Shown piece after piece: positions 24,340 through 38,285 of a DNA stretch of 64,000 bases. Source of the stretch: Haliotis rufescens (Eukaryota); NCBI RefSeq assembly GCF_023055435.1, contig NW_025964223.1:26474001-26538000 (forward strand), written 5' to 3'. The first letter of the stretch is position 1. The number at the start of each line of letters is the position of its first letter. The position numbers and the translations under genes were made by a program. A model generated the notes under the pieces. The model was given only the letters and a program-made list of their open reading frames with translations. It had not been told where the DNA came from and did not search any database.

Positions 24340-24485
24340 ATGACCAAGCTTGTTGTCTTGGGGGATTGCTTGTCATCATGGCATAGTTTCTCGTTCCTGC
24401 TTTCAGACCCAGATCTGATTATTTACTGGCTGCTGCAATGTTGCAGGAATATGACTGCATCGTTAAACAACATTCACTCACTCAT
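24340..24485 (+). mobile_element. SINE-like family C, degenerate 3' part with CACT tail
   Basis: cagacccagatctgattatttac...ggaatat...cgttaaacaacattcactcactc. Confidence 0.6.
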
Positions 24486-25180
24486 TGATTTGTGAATATG
24501 TTGTTGATTGTGTCAGATCTATCGCAGGGAGTTATCCCAACTGGGTCTGCACAAGAAATCAATTATCTCATGGCTGCCAACGACTGCACCATGCCCACAT
24601 GGTGAGATACCCAAACAGCTTTAATTTACATAACTGTTTAGGCAGGGGCATAAAGAAGTTGGACTGTTGTTAAGGTTTGGGTGCTGTGATTTGCACTCTT
24701 GTAATGGATTATGCAAACAGAAACATGTTAGTTTGTGAATTACTGGGGTAAGCTGCATTGTGAATGAGATTGGGTGAACTGGCTTTCCTGCAGGATACAT
24801 GGAAATGGACCAGTTCAGATGGGTAGGATGTGGTTGTTGTTCTTCTCCTTTACACTCGGTTGTATCCAGTAAGGTTGAAATTTAGTAGTGCTTATGGTTA
24901 TCGGTTAATGTTTTCTTCAAGCAATTCACAGGATCCCCTGATGGCATTCTCAGGTAGAGATTGGTAGGGAGTCACTATTTAATAAATATTCTAATGAGCT
25001 TCAAGGGTAGAGGGGCTGCTGCACTGTAAGAACCCACTTTTTGATTTGGAACAGATAATCCTTTTACAAGTTGAGTGTTTTTTTAAGAGTCAAGATAAAT
25101 GTAACTGGTCTTATTGTGTCTTTGTGTGTGGATGTTGTAGATCATTGCTCATTATAGCAAACACTGGTTTGCCTGGCCGA

Positions 25181-25285
25181 GGCCCTGTCCCACAAAGCAG
25201 TCTTGGGGCCAAGATAACCGTAATGCCATACTTTGACACAGATTTATGACAGTTATGGCGCTAAGATCGCTTTTTGAAATGGGCC
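25181..25285. mobile_element. Miniature member (about 105 bp) of the same Harbinger-like family
   Basis: ggccctgtcccacaaagc ... taagatcgctttttgaaatgggcc. Confidence 0.75.
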
Positions 25286-27304
25286 AAGGAGAATTTACAA
25301 ACTACCATGATACCGGTAGAGTATTGCTGCTACAACATTCACTCACTTATACAGTTCACATGAGGAAGAGTGACGATGATTTCTTTCTGTGACATGCTGA
25401 TGAATATGTTGAAACTGCAGCAGTGGTATTTACAGCATAGAAGTATGAAAGATTGATGAATTATGGGTAATATGATAAAACCTTGATATTCCTACAGGTC
25501 TAATTAGGGTCCTCACACATACATCATTGTGCTTGTACTTACTTATCTTTTGAAGCCTACATGTCAAAATATTCTCACATACATGGTCACTGACAATGTT
25601 CCATTAACAAATCGTATCTCCTTTGCATGATGACTTTTTACAGTTAGATTTCAATTGAAACTTTACCAGCACTTTACTATAATTGATTTTAAAATTGATA
25701 TGTATCACTGCAGAAAAAAAGGAAGAAACCTTTCAAAATGTTGGTCCTAAAAAGTCTTGGTCGTGAAGCAGCAATTCATCTAACTTAGGGCAACGCAAGC
25801 TGAATCACTACATGATTGGTTTTAGAGCCCTGGCTCAGTTTTTTCAACAACAAAGTTCTGAATGTCTTTGTGAGTTCCTTTATCCCACAACTTCCAAACT
25901 GAAGCGATACATGATTGCCTATTGATTAGGTCCTTGCTTCCAGCAGTTTGTGGTAAAATGTCGCCGCGATTGCTAGATTTGTGGAAGTCGTGTCCAGAAC
26001 GTTGTCGTTGGTGATTTCCCTTGACCGCCGTCCATAGAGGGCAGAAGGAGGCTAACTGGCCCCTCAGCAGTCTCAGAACACCCTACAGTCAATTGTTGCT
26101 TCTACAAATTAGACATAAGGCCGCTTCCGATCCAACCCCCAGGCTACTGCTGGTCCTGTGGTAGGAAATAAATGTCTGTCGCGGAAATGCTGCTTACCGA
26201 AGCTGACGGACAGAAGGATGGACCATGAGCAGATACTGATACCATTGCTGTGTTCCTGGGTCTTTCTCCCGAACCAGGTCACCTGTTGTGTAAGGGCTGG
26301 TGGGGCTTTCTTCTGAGTTACTTGAAGTGTCCTGATGTATTGTTTCCTGTCTCATGTAGATTGATTTGTTCAGGTTTCTCAAGCTCATCTGGAGCAGTTT
26401 TGTCTGAAACTTAAGTTCTGTCATTCTTGTTAAGATTATGTGTCAGGTGGCCAATCTCATTTGACAGAACATTTAAATTAGATTATTTTTTAATTATTTT
26501 TTATTCATATCATGGATTATTAAATGTAATTTGTTAGGAGAGACTGCCTGAGATGATTGAAAGTTTGCAAATATAAGTGGAGACAATTTATAAATACTGA
26601 GTTTGATTAATGTTTGTGTGACCTTTGTGTTTAAATCTACATCATTAATTACATTGAAGTCAAACAGATTCTGTTTTTAATCCTTTATATTTAAAAAAAG
26701 TCATTATTGTTTAGTCTGCCACCAGATTAGTACCATAAGCTAAGAAAATACCGAAAGAGTTTTTTTTTATCACAGTTAGATAGATTTTGAATTTGATTTT
26801 GAGGATATAAAGGCAGCTGCAATATTACCTAAATTTGTAATTTAAGAAGATGTTTTTTTGCGATGTTCCAAGTCAGAGTCAGGTCTTCCAAGAGAATTTG
26901 CGAGGAGATCCAACAGAACCGAGCATCTTACCTTCCACTACTCAAGTGTGCTTTTTTAAAGAATCCCACCAGGTTACAGTGCTGGGGAGAACTGATGCTC
27001 ATGGTTGTGAAGTCAGTCAGTAGTTTATGTTTTAATGATGAGGATGTCTGTGCTTTCTGCACACTGCTATCAGAATAGAACTTTAGCCTGTTACGCATCT
27101 GCTCAGATCTATCTGTGTTCATGTCACTTGGGACTTTTTGTAATTGATGGAAAGTAAACCAGTATGCAGTCACTGACATAAAACATTGATAGGTGTTTTT
27201 TTCTGGTCTGCCCCTGATAGGACAGATTACTTATCACTTATATTTCCTCAGTTGGTTCAGGTGATGCTCACTCTGTCAAGAGAACCTACCTCCATTAACC
27301 AGTG

Positions 27305-27519
27305 TATTATGTTTCTATTCTATTATGATAAAAACCCTGGATTCATTTGCCAGTATAGCTCCTTTCCAGATGTGATGTCATAGTACGGACTTTCTCTCGC
27401 TCGTGTGAGTAATATGATTGGATGGCTATTTTAGCATCGTGACATTCTAATTAGGTCAAATGAAGCCATGGTGGCAAATCGACCCAGGGTATTTGTTATA
27501 AGAGAATGGAGATTTAATA
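27305..27519. mobile_element. MITE-like element with imperfect TIRs of about 36 bp
   Basis: tattatgtttctattctattatgataaaaaccctgg / ccagggtatttgttataagagaatggagatttaata. Confidence 0.7.
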
Positions 27520-27893
27520 CCCTGCAGAATCAAGGATGTGGCAAGATCTGTGATACTTGATTACACACTGAAAGACTGGGGTTACCAATTTCAACCAATC
27601 AAATACAGGCATACAAAACTAGGAATGACTAATGATAGATTAGCTTGGACAGACTTGCGTATTTTTGGAGGGTGTTATGCAGTAGTTATGCTTTGTAGAC
27701 ATTTAAAGAAATTTGATGTTTCACTTGATCTGCCTCATATGTTCAATAACTCTGGCATGGTAGCTTTAATAGTCGCTTATCAACTTGTTCCTCATTTAGT
27801 AAGTCTGGCTTGATTGTAGCTTGAATCAACATGGTCCACTTTTAGTAACACTTGCATTGTAGCTGGAGAAGTAGCCTGAATGAAGTCTGCTTT

Positions 27894-29480
27894 CAGTAAC
27901 TGTCATAGTAGCTTGGATCAACTTGGTCCCCTTGTGGTATCTGTCATAGTAGCTTGGATCAACTTGGTCCCCTTGTGGTAACTGTCATAGTAGGTTGGAT
28001 CAACTTGGTCCCCTTGTGGTAACTGTCATAGTAGGTTGGATCAACTTGGTCCCCTTGTGGTAACTGTCATAGTAGGTTGGATCAACTTGGTCCCCTTGCA
28101 GTAACTGTCATAGTAGTTTGGATCAACTTGGTCCCCTTGTGGTAACTGTCATAGTAGTTTGGATCAACTTGGTCCCCTTGTGGTAACTGTCACAGTAGTT
28201 TGGAACAACTTGGTCCCCTTGTGGTAACTGTCATAGTAGCTTGGATCAACTTGGTCCCCTTGTGGTAACTGTCATAGTAACTTGGATCAACTTGGTCCCC
28301 TTGTGGTAACTGTCATAGTAGTTTGGATCAACTTGGTCCCCTTGTGGTAACTGTCATAGTAGTTTGGATCAACTTGGTCCCCTTGTGGTAACTGTCATAG
28401 TAGTTTGGATCAACTTGGTCCCCTTGTGGTAACTGTCACAGTAGTTTGGATCAACTTGGTCCCCTTGTGGTAACTGTCATAGTAGCTTGGATCAACTTGG
28501 TCCCCTTGTGGTAACTGTCATAGTAGTTTGGATCAACTTGGCCCCCTTGTGGTAACTGTCATAGTAGTTTGGATCAACTTTGTCCCCTTGTGGTAACTGT
28601 CATAGTAGCTTGGATCAACTTGGTCCCCTTGTGGTAACTGTCATAGTAGTTTGGATCAACTTTGTACCCTTGCAGTAACTGTCATAGTAGCTTGGATCAA
28701 CTTGGTCCCCTTGTGGTAACTGTCATAGTAGTTTGGATCAACTTTGTACCCTTGCAGTAACTGTCATAGTAGCTTGGATCAACTTGGTCCCCTTGTGGTA
28801 ACTGTCATAGTAACTTGGATCAACTTGGTCCCCTTGTGGTAACTGTCATAGTAGTTTGGATCAACTTTGTACCCTTGCAGTAACTGTCATAGTAGCTTGG
28901 ATCAACTTGGTCCCCTTGTGGTAACTGTCATAGTAGCTTGTATTAACTTGGTTCCATTGTGGTAACTGTCATAGTAGCTTGGATCAACTTGGTCCCCTTG
29001 TGGTAACTGTCATAGTAGTTTGGATCAACTTGGTCCCCTTGTGGTAACTGTCATAGTAGTTTGGATCAACTTTGTACCCTTGCAGTAACTGTCATAGTAG
29101 CTTGGATCAACTTGGTCCCCTTGTGGTAACTGTCATAGTAGCTTGTATTAACTTGGTTCCATTGTGGTAACTGTCATAGTAGCTTGGATCAACTTGGTCC
29201 CCTTGTGGTAACTGTCATAGTAGTTTGGATCAACTTGGTCCCCTTGTGGTAACTGTCATAGTAGCTTGGATCAACTTGGTCCCCTTGTGGCAACTGTCAT
29301 AGTAGCTTGGATCAACTTGGTCCCCTTGTGGTAACTGTCATAGTAGCTTGGATCAACTTGGTCCCATTGTGGTAACTGTCATAGTAGCTTGTATCAACTT
29401 GGTCCCCTTGCAGTAACTGTCATAGTAGCTTGCATCAACTTTGTACCCTTGCAGTAACTGTCATAGTAGCTTGGATCAAC
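27894..29480. repeat. 41-bp minisatellite, about 38 units (gtaactgtcatagtagcttggatcaacttggtccccttgtg)
   Basis: aacttggtcc recurs at 27961 and 28002, and at the same period onward. Confidence 0.98.
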
Positions 29481-30789
29481 TCCAGCTTTCAGCAGTGTGA
29501 ATAAACATACTTTTACCTCTCCATTCCCTGATTGGAATTGATGAAATGTGAACGTTCACTGGAAGTCTTTAATTTGTAAGGTATTGATTTGCCCTAAAAT
29601 GTTCCAATGTCTGAGTTACAACCCTGGAAGAGTTGGTGTGTGTCTGGGCTGAAGGTAGCAGGGGCAGTTGGAAACAGTCAGCAGATGTTTCTCAATGAGT
29701 AATCCTGCGAAATCACAAGGAAACCCAAATGAAACCTGACAGGGATCGGCAACAAAGAACCTCCTATCTGTTGTAAATGGTTTTTACCTAATCCATCAAG
29801 TCTATCACTGCGGGAAGAGAGAGGCTACTGGTTTTCGTTTGTCTTCAACACTCATTTAACCTTGAAACTGGTTGTTGCTGTTGAACCCTTTTTTTAACCA
29901 ACATTTGTCGGCACTGTCTAGAGCTACAGAGTAAAAAACGGACTGTAATAGCAAAAATTATAGTAGTTCATCGACAAACAATTTGTTATTGGCCTCCAGC
30001 AAGAGCAGACTTTAAGCTATGGGTCTGTTGAGAATTGTTTTTCATGAAATTCAAGAATTGATGGATCATTGGAAAAACTGTCACTTGGGTTTACTTTCAA
30101 GGAAAGGGATTTTTGGCTGTTTTGATGAGCATGCTGTGGGATATATTGCCATGACCTGAGATTCACACTGTTAGGGTTCCTAATTGCCCAAAAATCTGCA
30201 CTTCTGGGATGCTACCAATCATTGTTGTGACAGCAACAGTATACACTGCAATATCCTGCATCATACTGATGTGCATCTCCCCTCAAAATGGTGGATTGTT
30301 TCTGATATTGGCTCTGAAATCTGACATCGAAGGAAAGAAAGTTATTTGTCAGCTTGCTGAAACTGAGAAGCTGAAACTGAAAATAAGATAACCTCTTCTC
30401 TTTATTCTTTTCCCACAAAAATCAGAATTGTTCTTTTCTCACTCAGATTTCCATAAACCTCATTTAAAGTTGAGATTGATTTGAAAGGTTTTATTCTGGT
30501 TGATAAAACGGTTAGCTATGCCCTGCCACTCAACATGCTCAAGACCATTCGAGTTGAGTATTTTGTATTCGAGAGATGAATTTGGCAGCTGTCAGTTGTC
30601 ATGCTGGTGTTCACAGTGCTGGGGAAAGGGGCACAATTTGCATACATCAGCTTATAAGCAGTGGATTACCGCAGCGACAAGTTATCAGATCCCTTTGGTA
30701 TAATGGAGCATTGAGTCCCAATTACTGAATTAGAACTTTGTCTTTCTTTGATTTGTAGGCAAACATTAGATGATGGATGTGACATTTCA

Positions 30790-31589
30790 CCCCAAAGTTA
30801 ACATTGGTACATGGGGTTGGAAACACTACACTTCATTAACACAGGCACCAGGGACCACATGCAACACTCCCCAAAGTAAACATTGGTACATGGGGTTGGA
30901 AACACTACACTTCATTAACACTGGCACCAGGGACCACATGCAACACTCCCCAAAGTTAACATTGGTACATGGGGTTGGAAACACTACACTTCATTAACAC
31001 AGGCACCAGGGACCACATGCAATACTCCCCAAAGTAAACATTGGTACATGGGGTTGGAAACACTACACTTCATTGACACAGGCACCAGGGACCACATGCA
31101 ACACTCCCCAAAGTTAACATTGGTACATGGGGTTGGAAACACTACACTTCATTAACACTGGCACCAGGGACCACATGCAACACTCCCCAAAGTTAACATT
31201 GGTACATGGGGTTGGAAACACTACACTTCATTGACACAGGCACCAGGGACCACATGCAACACTCCCCAAAGTTAACATTGGTACATGGGGTTGGAAACAC
31301 TACACTTCATTAACACTGGCACCAGGGACCACATGCAACACTCCCCAAAGTTAACATTGGTACATGGGGTTGGAAACACTACACTTCATTAACACAGGCA
31401 CCAGGGACCACATGCAACACTCCCCAAAGTTAACATTGGTACATGGGGTTGGAAACACTACACTTCATTAACACTGGCACCAGGGACCACATGCAACACT
31501 CCCCAAAGTTAACATTGGTACATGGGGTTGGAAACACTACACTTCATTGACACAGGCACCAGGGACCACATGCAACACTCCCCAAAGTT
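30790..31589. repeat. 79-bp tandem repeat, about 10 units
   Basis: Unit cccaaagttaacattggtacatggggttggaaacactacacttcattaacacaggcaccagggaccacatgcaacactc; ccaaag at 30792 and 30871. Confidence 0.97.
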
Positions 31590-31599
31590 GTATTGGCTT

Positions 31600-31930
31600 T
31601 GAGAATAGACACATCACACCTGAAAGTTAATTGGGGATAGGGAATATTAACCACACCTAAAAAATGTTTATTTGGTATAGAGAATTTTACACAAGACACT
31701 GAAAGGTTAATTTGGCATAGGCAATTTCATGTAAACATCAAAAAGTTAATTTTGCATAGAAAATTTTACAACATACCAGAAACTAAATTTGCTATAGGGA
31801 ATTTTACACTACATACCAAAAAGTTGATACCATAAGTTTTACACCACACGAAAAAGTTAATTTGGAACTGGGAATTTTACAAATTTACCAGAAAGTTCAT
31901 TTGGCATGCATAATTTTATATCACACACTA
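31600..31930. repeat. Degenerate tandem repeat, unit about 40 bp (aaaagttaatttggcataggaattttacaccacacc-like)
   Basis: Recurring aaagttaattt and aattttaca motifs directly after the 79-bp array; shares aaagtt with it. Confidence 0.7.
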
Positions 31931-32077
31931 AAACATTGATGAAATTAAACCTAGTAAAACATTATTTTGTAAAGGAATAAAGTTGGTAGGGTGCAAAACG
32001 AATAAATTCAAATTATTCATTTTTCGTTTGTCGTTTTAGTTTTTTAGCATTTACATTGGAACAAAGACACACTGCTG

Positions 32078-32455
32078 CTTGGAGGACCAGTGAAGCTGTC
32101 AATGGTATTCGTGGTGGCTGTATCTCAAGCTTTGTCCTAACAATGATGGGTCTTAGAGAAAGTATCACATGTCTTGGAGTACCAGTGAAGCTGTCATTGG
32201 TATTCATGGTGGCTGCATCTCAAGCTTAATCCTAAAAATGATGGGTCTTAGAGAAAGTATCACATGTCTTGGAGTACCAGTGAAGCTGTCATTGGTATTC
32301 TTGGTGGCTGCATCTCAAGCTTAATCCTAAAAATGATGGGTCTTAGAGAAAGTATCACATGTCTTGGAGTACCAGTGAAGCTATATATGGTATTCATGGT
32401 GACTGCATCTCAAACGTTGACCTAACATTTATGTCTTCAAGAAAGTATCATTTGT
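32078..32455. repeat. 95-bp tandem repeat, about 4 units
   Basis: accagtgaagct at 32086, 32181, 32276 and 32371. Confidence 0.95.
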
Positions 32456-32697
32456 CTTTTTTAAGCAAGGAATTAAAAAAAACCAGTTTGATAAGTAGGT
32501 CATCAGGGTCAGTAAAAAACTGGAATATTTTTTCGCAACATTTCTGAGTCCTAGGGTTATTGGATTGTAAACAAAAACCTTACTGTTATTAACAAAATCA
32601 TAAAGTAGACAAGAGGTCTCAGTTTTGTCCCTTCCTCCCATATGAAGCTGACATGCCATGATATAACTGGAATAGTTTTCAAAGCAGTGTTAAACTA

Positions 32698-32765
32698 ACT
32701 CACTCACTCACTCACTCACTCACTCACTCACTCACTCACTCACTCACTCACTCACTCACTCACTC
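32698..32765 (+). repeat. (CACT)n microsatellite, expanded tail of a 5'-truncated family-A SINE (about 32630-32765)
   Basis: About 17 CACT units preceded by cctcccatatgaagctgacatgccatgatataactggaata. Confidence 0.93.
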
Positions 32766-33447
32766 AGTTTTTGTTAGATGTTCTCAGGGATTTGTTGCAA
32801 ACCAATGATTGCATCCTGTGATGCATTTAAGGGAATCCTTGTTTTGCTGTGAATATATCAGGCAGGGATGATCAACCTTCAGGACGCCATGGCATCCTGT
32901 GAGTGCAGGAGTTTATTGAACATTGTTGCCCAGGCTCCCTGGTGTCTGAAAGGTGCCCTTTGCAAGCAACTGTCACACAGGGTCTCAGATAGTATTCACA
33001 CACAAGCTGCAAACTAATAAAGATATCACCGCACTTCCTCTGGCTGATGTTATCTTGTAGGATTGGTGGCAGCACTGCGCTCTCTGTCCCTGAGATACAC
33101 CGGTATGCAGTGTATAAAGTGTTTCTACCAACACGTCAGCTTCATAATGCAGTTATAATCAGCTATGGTGTTGGGTTGAGTGGAGACAATGGAATCTAAT
33201 TAGTCATGCAGTGTGTTTAATTTGTTACTTTCAGTGAATAAATTCATTATGCCAGTGCACATGGCTTAAAAACAGTTGTGGATTGTGTCACGGTGGTACG
33301 TTGGGGGTATCAGGCACTATTACTTTTAACACATTATAGATAAAATAATATTCTGTTTTATTAACCTTTAATTGAAGGGTTTTTTATGTAAAAACATTCT
33401 GAGGAACAGATTGTTTTTCATTTGTTGTACATTTTAGATTAGCAGCA

Positions 33448-33529
33448 AACAAAGCGATCTTAGCGCCATGTTAAAGTAGGGGAGTTGTGATCACTTTAGC
33501 ACTAAGATTGCTTTGAGGAACTGGGCCCC
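33448..33529. mobile_element. Miniature Harbinger-like MITE remnant
   Basis: acaaagcgatcttagcgc ... gcactaagattgctttgaggaactgggccc. Confidence 0.7.
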
Positions 33530-33749
33530 ATCAGGAGGTTGTAATGGGTCATCAATAATAGATGCATGATTTGGAGGTATGTTTTTGTGGAATGTTTGTG
33601 CAATGTATTTATTATTTCAGAATTGGCAGGGACTTTTCCCAACCCCCATGCCCCATTAGTAGTTGGAATGTGAGCCATTTCGGCTGCTTTGTGTGCAGTG
33701 GTGTGGCCTTCAGTGAACTTTGTAACCATATTCAGTGGAATATAGTAAT

Positions 33750-34015
33750 ACACTCACTCACTCACTCACTCTCACCGTTTGTCCGCCTGTCTGTATGTCT
33801 ACCCACCAACCCAATCATACTCCCTCATTCACTCACTCACTCACTCACACTCCGTCCTTCCGTCCATCCCTCAAACGCTTCCACAAACCCTACCTCCCTC
33901 TCTCACCAACCCACCAAACCTCACTCACTCACTCTCCATCCTTTCGTCCTTCCGTCCGCCCCTACCTCCTTCAAACCCTCCCTCCCAAACTCACTCACTC
34001 ACTCACTCACTCACA
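33750..34015 (+). repeat. Compound CACT/CCGT/CCCT low-complexity microsatellite
   Basis: Direct inspection; explains the HSLTHSL ORFs. Confidence 0.9.
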
Positions 34016-34821
34016 CCATCAAACTGACATCTCCATGTGTCATATGGAACTCATGAACATGCAATACAGATTAGTTCCTCCATATGTTTCAAATGATCAC
34101 CTCCCATAGTGTTCTGACACAAAGCAAATGGCGCTTAATGTAAGATACCATTCACCCAAGACATTCACAATGACTTAGGGGATCTCTAACATTTCTGGTC
34201 TCATAATGTACCAGCTCAAAACGTGGAACAATTTGTCTGCATTATGGTAGGGGCTAGCATTGTTACAGACATTACATTCTCAGGGGATGGCTCAAGTTTC
34301 ATCGACAATTGAATATGTCTTGTCATACATCAAATCACACTACATTGCACAGACTTAGACTGACTTGAATATTTCCAAATGTAAACCTGATGAATTCCCC
34401 AGTTTCTGACTGCTGTGAAGCTGACTGACCAGAGTGAAGTATGGACCTAGTGACTGATGAACCTCTCGGCAGTTGTGACATCACATTGGGCTTGTTTCTT
34501 CAACTGGTGGATGTGTAGCGTTGTAATCTCACATCAGTGGGGAAACCATCACTTCCAAAGTAATCAGTTTACCGGCGTGATGAACATGCTTGGGTTCTTT
34601 CATAAAGGACATAGTCGGTATTGGAAAACCAGAACTACTAAATTTTAGATGAAAACATTAGACATGTTCTGAAAGTTGTGGAAAGCATTCCTATAATTGA
34701 CAACTACTGTTTTTCTTTTGAAAGTTTAAAGTTAACATTAATTCTTCTGGCATGATTGAAAAAAGCAAGGAAGACTGATTTAGATGAGAAAGCATATGTA
34801 CAGTATGTTAATATGAACAAG

Positions 34822-35045
34822 TCGGTGATGACCCTGAATCTCCGGTCTATGCTTGTCGTAAGCGGCGACTAACAGGATAGGGTGGTCAGGCTTGCTGACT
34901 TGGCTGATGCATGTAACCAATTGCGTGGATCGATGCTCATGACATTAATCCCTGGATTGTCTGGTCTAGCCTCGATTATTTACAGACCGTCGTCATATAG
35001 TTGTAATATTGCTGAGTGCGGAGTAAAACAACAAACCAACCAAAC
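34822..35045 (+). mobile_element. SINE-like family C (core gcttgtcgtaagcggcgactaac; CAA-type tail)
   Basis: Multi-copy in the window; shares the aatattgctgagtgcgg...aaacaacaa 3' end. Confidence 0.82.
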
Positions 35046-36664
35046 AAGCAACTCGAAAATTTGATTATTACTGCATCACCAACCAAGCAACTTTAAATTT
35101 TGATTTTTACTGCATCATAAAGGGATAACATTATTTTTTCCTAACTTAACATTTCATTATAGAAATACAGAGTTATCTCTCTTTCCAATAGGAGCATCTG
35201 ATGTACAATCATGTTGATAAATGAAGCCAGGATTAAGATGGATACTTCAGGTTCAGAAAGTAGTGAAACCATCTGTCTGAATGCTGAAATCCCATGTTGC
35301 AGCAGGGACTCCTCCATGTGTACAATCTACATTACTCCGTCATCAGGATTCCTTAGTCTGGATATCTTCATTGTAAATGCTTCCATCCAGACGAACGGAT
35401 ATTCCTATTGGGTGATGTAGTGAGTCAGATGTTGGCTATCAAATGCAACAATGCTGTGCTGTGAAAGTACCCATATTGTCTGAAGAGCCAACTGCAGCAA
35501 GGATAGGATGGTGATATGACCTGGTTGATGGTGTGACATTGTGCCCCGACACTCTGTATCCTTGCTCATGCTATCAACCGCTTGTTGCCCAGCCAGTTCT
35601 AGTATTTCCTGTATTTACAGTCTGCTGTGGCACAGCTTGCATTATTGCAGTGTTAGGCAGCACTCAATAACTTTCGTTTGAAGCTTTTATAGTTCAGTGC
35701 TCTGTGTATTTTAGAGAACACTGCCTACTTAGGTTTGTTTAAATCCCTAGAGAAACAAACCTGACTGACACAGCTGATATCTATCATCTGAAGTATCCGT
35801 ACCTCATCCAAGATGGTAACAGATATTATTTTCGTCTGTAACTATGCAGAACGGTGTCAATTAAGGGAGAGTATACGATCCATAGTTCCTGTTTTCAGCT
35901 CCAGCTTTTATGTGGCATTGATGATTTTTGTCTTTGAAAGTTGAAGCCATGAAAGCATGATTTGTGTAGGACACATTGCAGAGTGGAGGGTGTAGTGTGT
36001 GAGTGGGTGAATCTTGTTTCATAATTCGGTCAGCAATATTGCAGCTTTGTAGTATTATGTTACTAGACTGCTTGTGATGATCATTGCCCCCCTTATGGCG
36101 TAGATTGTTGCTCATGCTGTCAACCACTGGTTTGTCAGATCTGGACTTCATTATCTACATTATTTAGACTGTAGATACATTGCTGAGCTGGCATTAAGGC
36201 CACACTTTCTTTTAAGTTTATGTTTTACAGATTTGTTCCAATCTAGGTCGAGCGAAATAAAATATAAAATAAATAGCTATGTCAATCATTTATCTATTTT
36301 AGTGAAAACCATTCTGCTGTGGAGTTAAAACTGCACCTGACTTCTTAAATCACTAATAGTGATGTAGACATGGAATTTATACACAACATTTTATATTGTA
36401 TTAGAGGGGCTATATTACTATTGGGAGACATAATAAAATCAATAGTTTTATTGTTTAATTTATTTCTTTTCCAGTTGTTTTTTGGCAGGGGCGGCAGTCC
36501 TGTGAAGTGAAAAATAAAAAATGTGTGGCCAAAATATAAATGAGCCTGATGGATTATTGAATATACTGATCTTATAAGTTGAATATTGTACATACATAAA
36601 TAAGAACTTCACAATAAAAGTTATTCATACATTTAAAAAATATATGGCATAACATAAAATGGAG

Positions 36665-36870
36665 GCACTTGTGGTCTTAGGCACTGTATTCAGAATTGCA
36701 TCCCTTAACTGTGCCAGGATCCACTGGTTGTGGGTTTGAATCCAAGATTATGATACTTTGTCTGTTGGCATCCACTAGTGCTCTTGCAATTGAGTACTTC
36801 TCATACCATGTCCCACTTTCCTCCCACATTAAGCTGGCACTTAATGTCAAATACTTTTCAAAGTACTGTT
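36665..36870 (+). mobile_element. SINE family A, highly degenerate copy
   Basis: cagaattgcatccctt...gtgggtttgaatcc...tttcctcccacattaagctg. Confidence 0.7.
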
Positions 36871-38285
36871 TAGTGACAGACCATATGCAAAATGATTTCA
36901 TTTCCTTGTACCTTTGAGTGATTTAACTAATAAAATAATGGCAATAAAATGGGTCCCCTTGCCCATCTTTGAGTAAATCGTTAAGAAATAAAATATTTTG
37001 AAAATTATACAAAATATATATATATATTTTTTATAATATTCTGCTTTATGGTAACTGAATTTTAACTGCCTCATATAAAAAGATTAATTGATGTTCATTT
37101 ACTAATCAATATGAATTTAACATATATTTTAAGAACAATAATCTTAAATTTGGTATTTAGTCATTTTTTCTTTGCTTTCAAATAAGAATAATTTGTGTCA
37201 TTTCAAAGATCTGTTTACCCCCACTGTCCTGGACTTGTGTACAGACAGGCAGCTAGATGTGTAAGACAAGAGTAGTGTGTAAGACACAGTAGCATGGAGG
37301 AGAGTGTAGTGGTGGTGTATGTCACTCCCACCATGCCCATGTTTCCGTGTGAGTTGTTGCCATCATACCATGGCATTGCAGCCAGCAGGGGAAGCCAAAC
37401 AGAAATGCTGGACAGATTAAGTCAAAAGCCTCATACATCATGGAACACTGCATTTCCCATCAGAACACAATTAGCTATGCGGAGGCCTGTTCCGGGGTCA
37501 TCATTGCTATGCTGTTTGGGATGTTAACATCCGTCTGCTAGATCTTGGATGAAAATTTGGAAAGGAGTTTGTCTTTCTGGGAGTAATATGCCTGTGGTGA
37601 ACAGCTGAAAAAAGGACTGAAGTAGCAACTACTGGTGTCCACTTTCACTCACTCACTCTGTTAGTGATGATGCATCATGGGACACCCAGGTGGTGGTGAA
37701 AGACGGGTTCATTCAGTAATGGAGGCCTAGTCGCCTGAGTTGACATACACTGGTTTATCAATATCCAGTTACAATACTAATTTAGGGGGGTTTCTTTTGT
37801 CAACAATTAATTCCTGGAGCCATCAATTCGTGTTTTATCCTCGGTTATGAATTCTATCACGTTCTTAGAATTACTAATTACAACAGTCAGTGCCTGATTT
37901 ACCTTTTTATTTTTGTTCTAATATCATTTTTTGTCATTCAGTAAGCTAGCTAATACAAAATTATAAGATATGAATATCTTGAAAGATGAATATCTCAAGA
38001 TTGGTTCACTGACATTTTTCCTTCATGGATGCTGAAAGAATTTCTTTTGCAAACAGTCATAGTTTCAAATTAGTCCATAATTTAGGACATAGGCAGATTG
38101 TTTTCAATTTATTTTAGTAATTTATAATGTGAAGTAGATTTTCCAATCAAAACTTGATCAAAGACAGTAAAAGAGTTCTGAAAATGTCCTCAGGCAAATA
38201 GATGAACAATTCTTGAAGCTGAAATGAAACTGTTGTACATATTATTATATATTTAATACAAAGATTGTCAACAACACACATGCTG

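Noticed and set aside
25390-25430. Hammerhead ribozyme core CTGATGA...GAAA (also a minus-strand candidate near 5900-5930)
   Set aside because: Stem II does not pair, and the cleavage triplet or stem III requirements are not met.
27894-29480. CRISPR-like appearance of regular arrays (also 14790, 30790 and 38286)
   Set aside because: Head-to-tail units with no unique spacers and no cas genes, in a spliceosomal-intron context.
33562-34109. Three ORFs with HSLTHSL/THSL motifs
   Set aside because: Translations of CACT-type microsatellite sequence.
36194-36533. Possible TTAA-type element with GGCCACAC/GTGTGGCC ends
   Set aside because: Inverted match is only 8 bp and the right-hand TTAA is absent.
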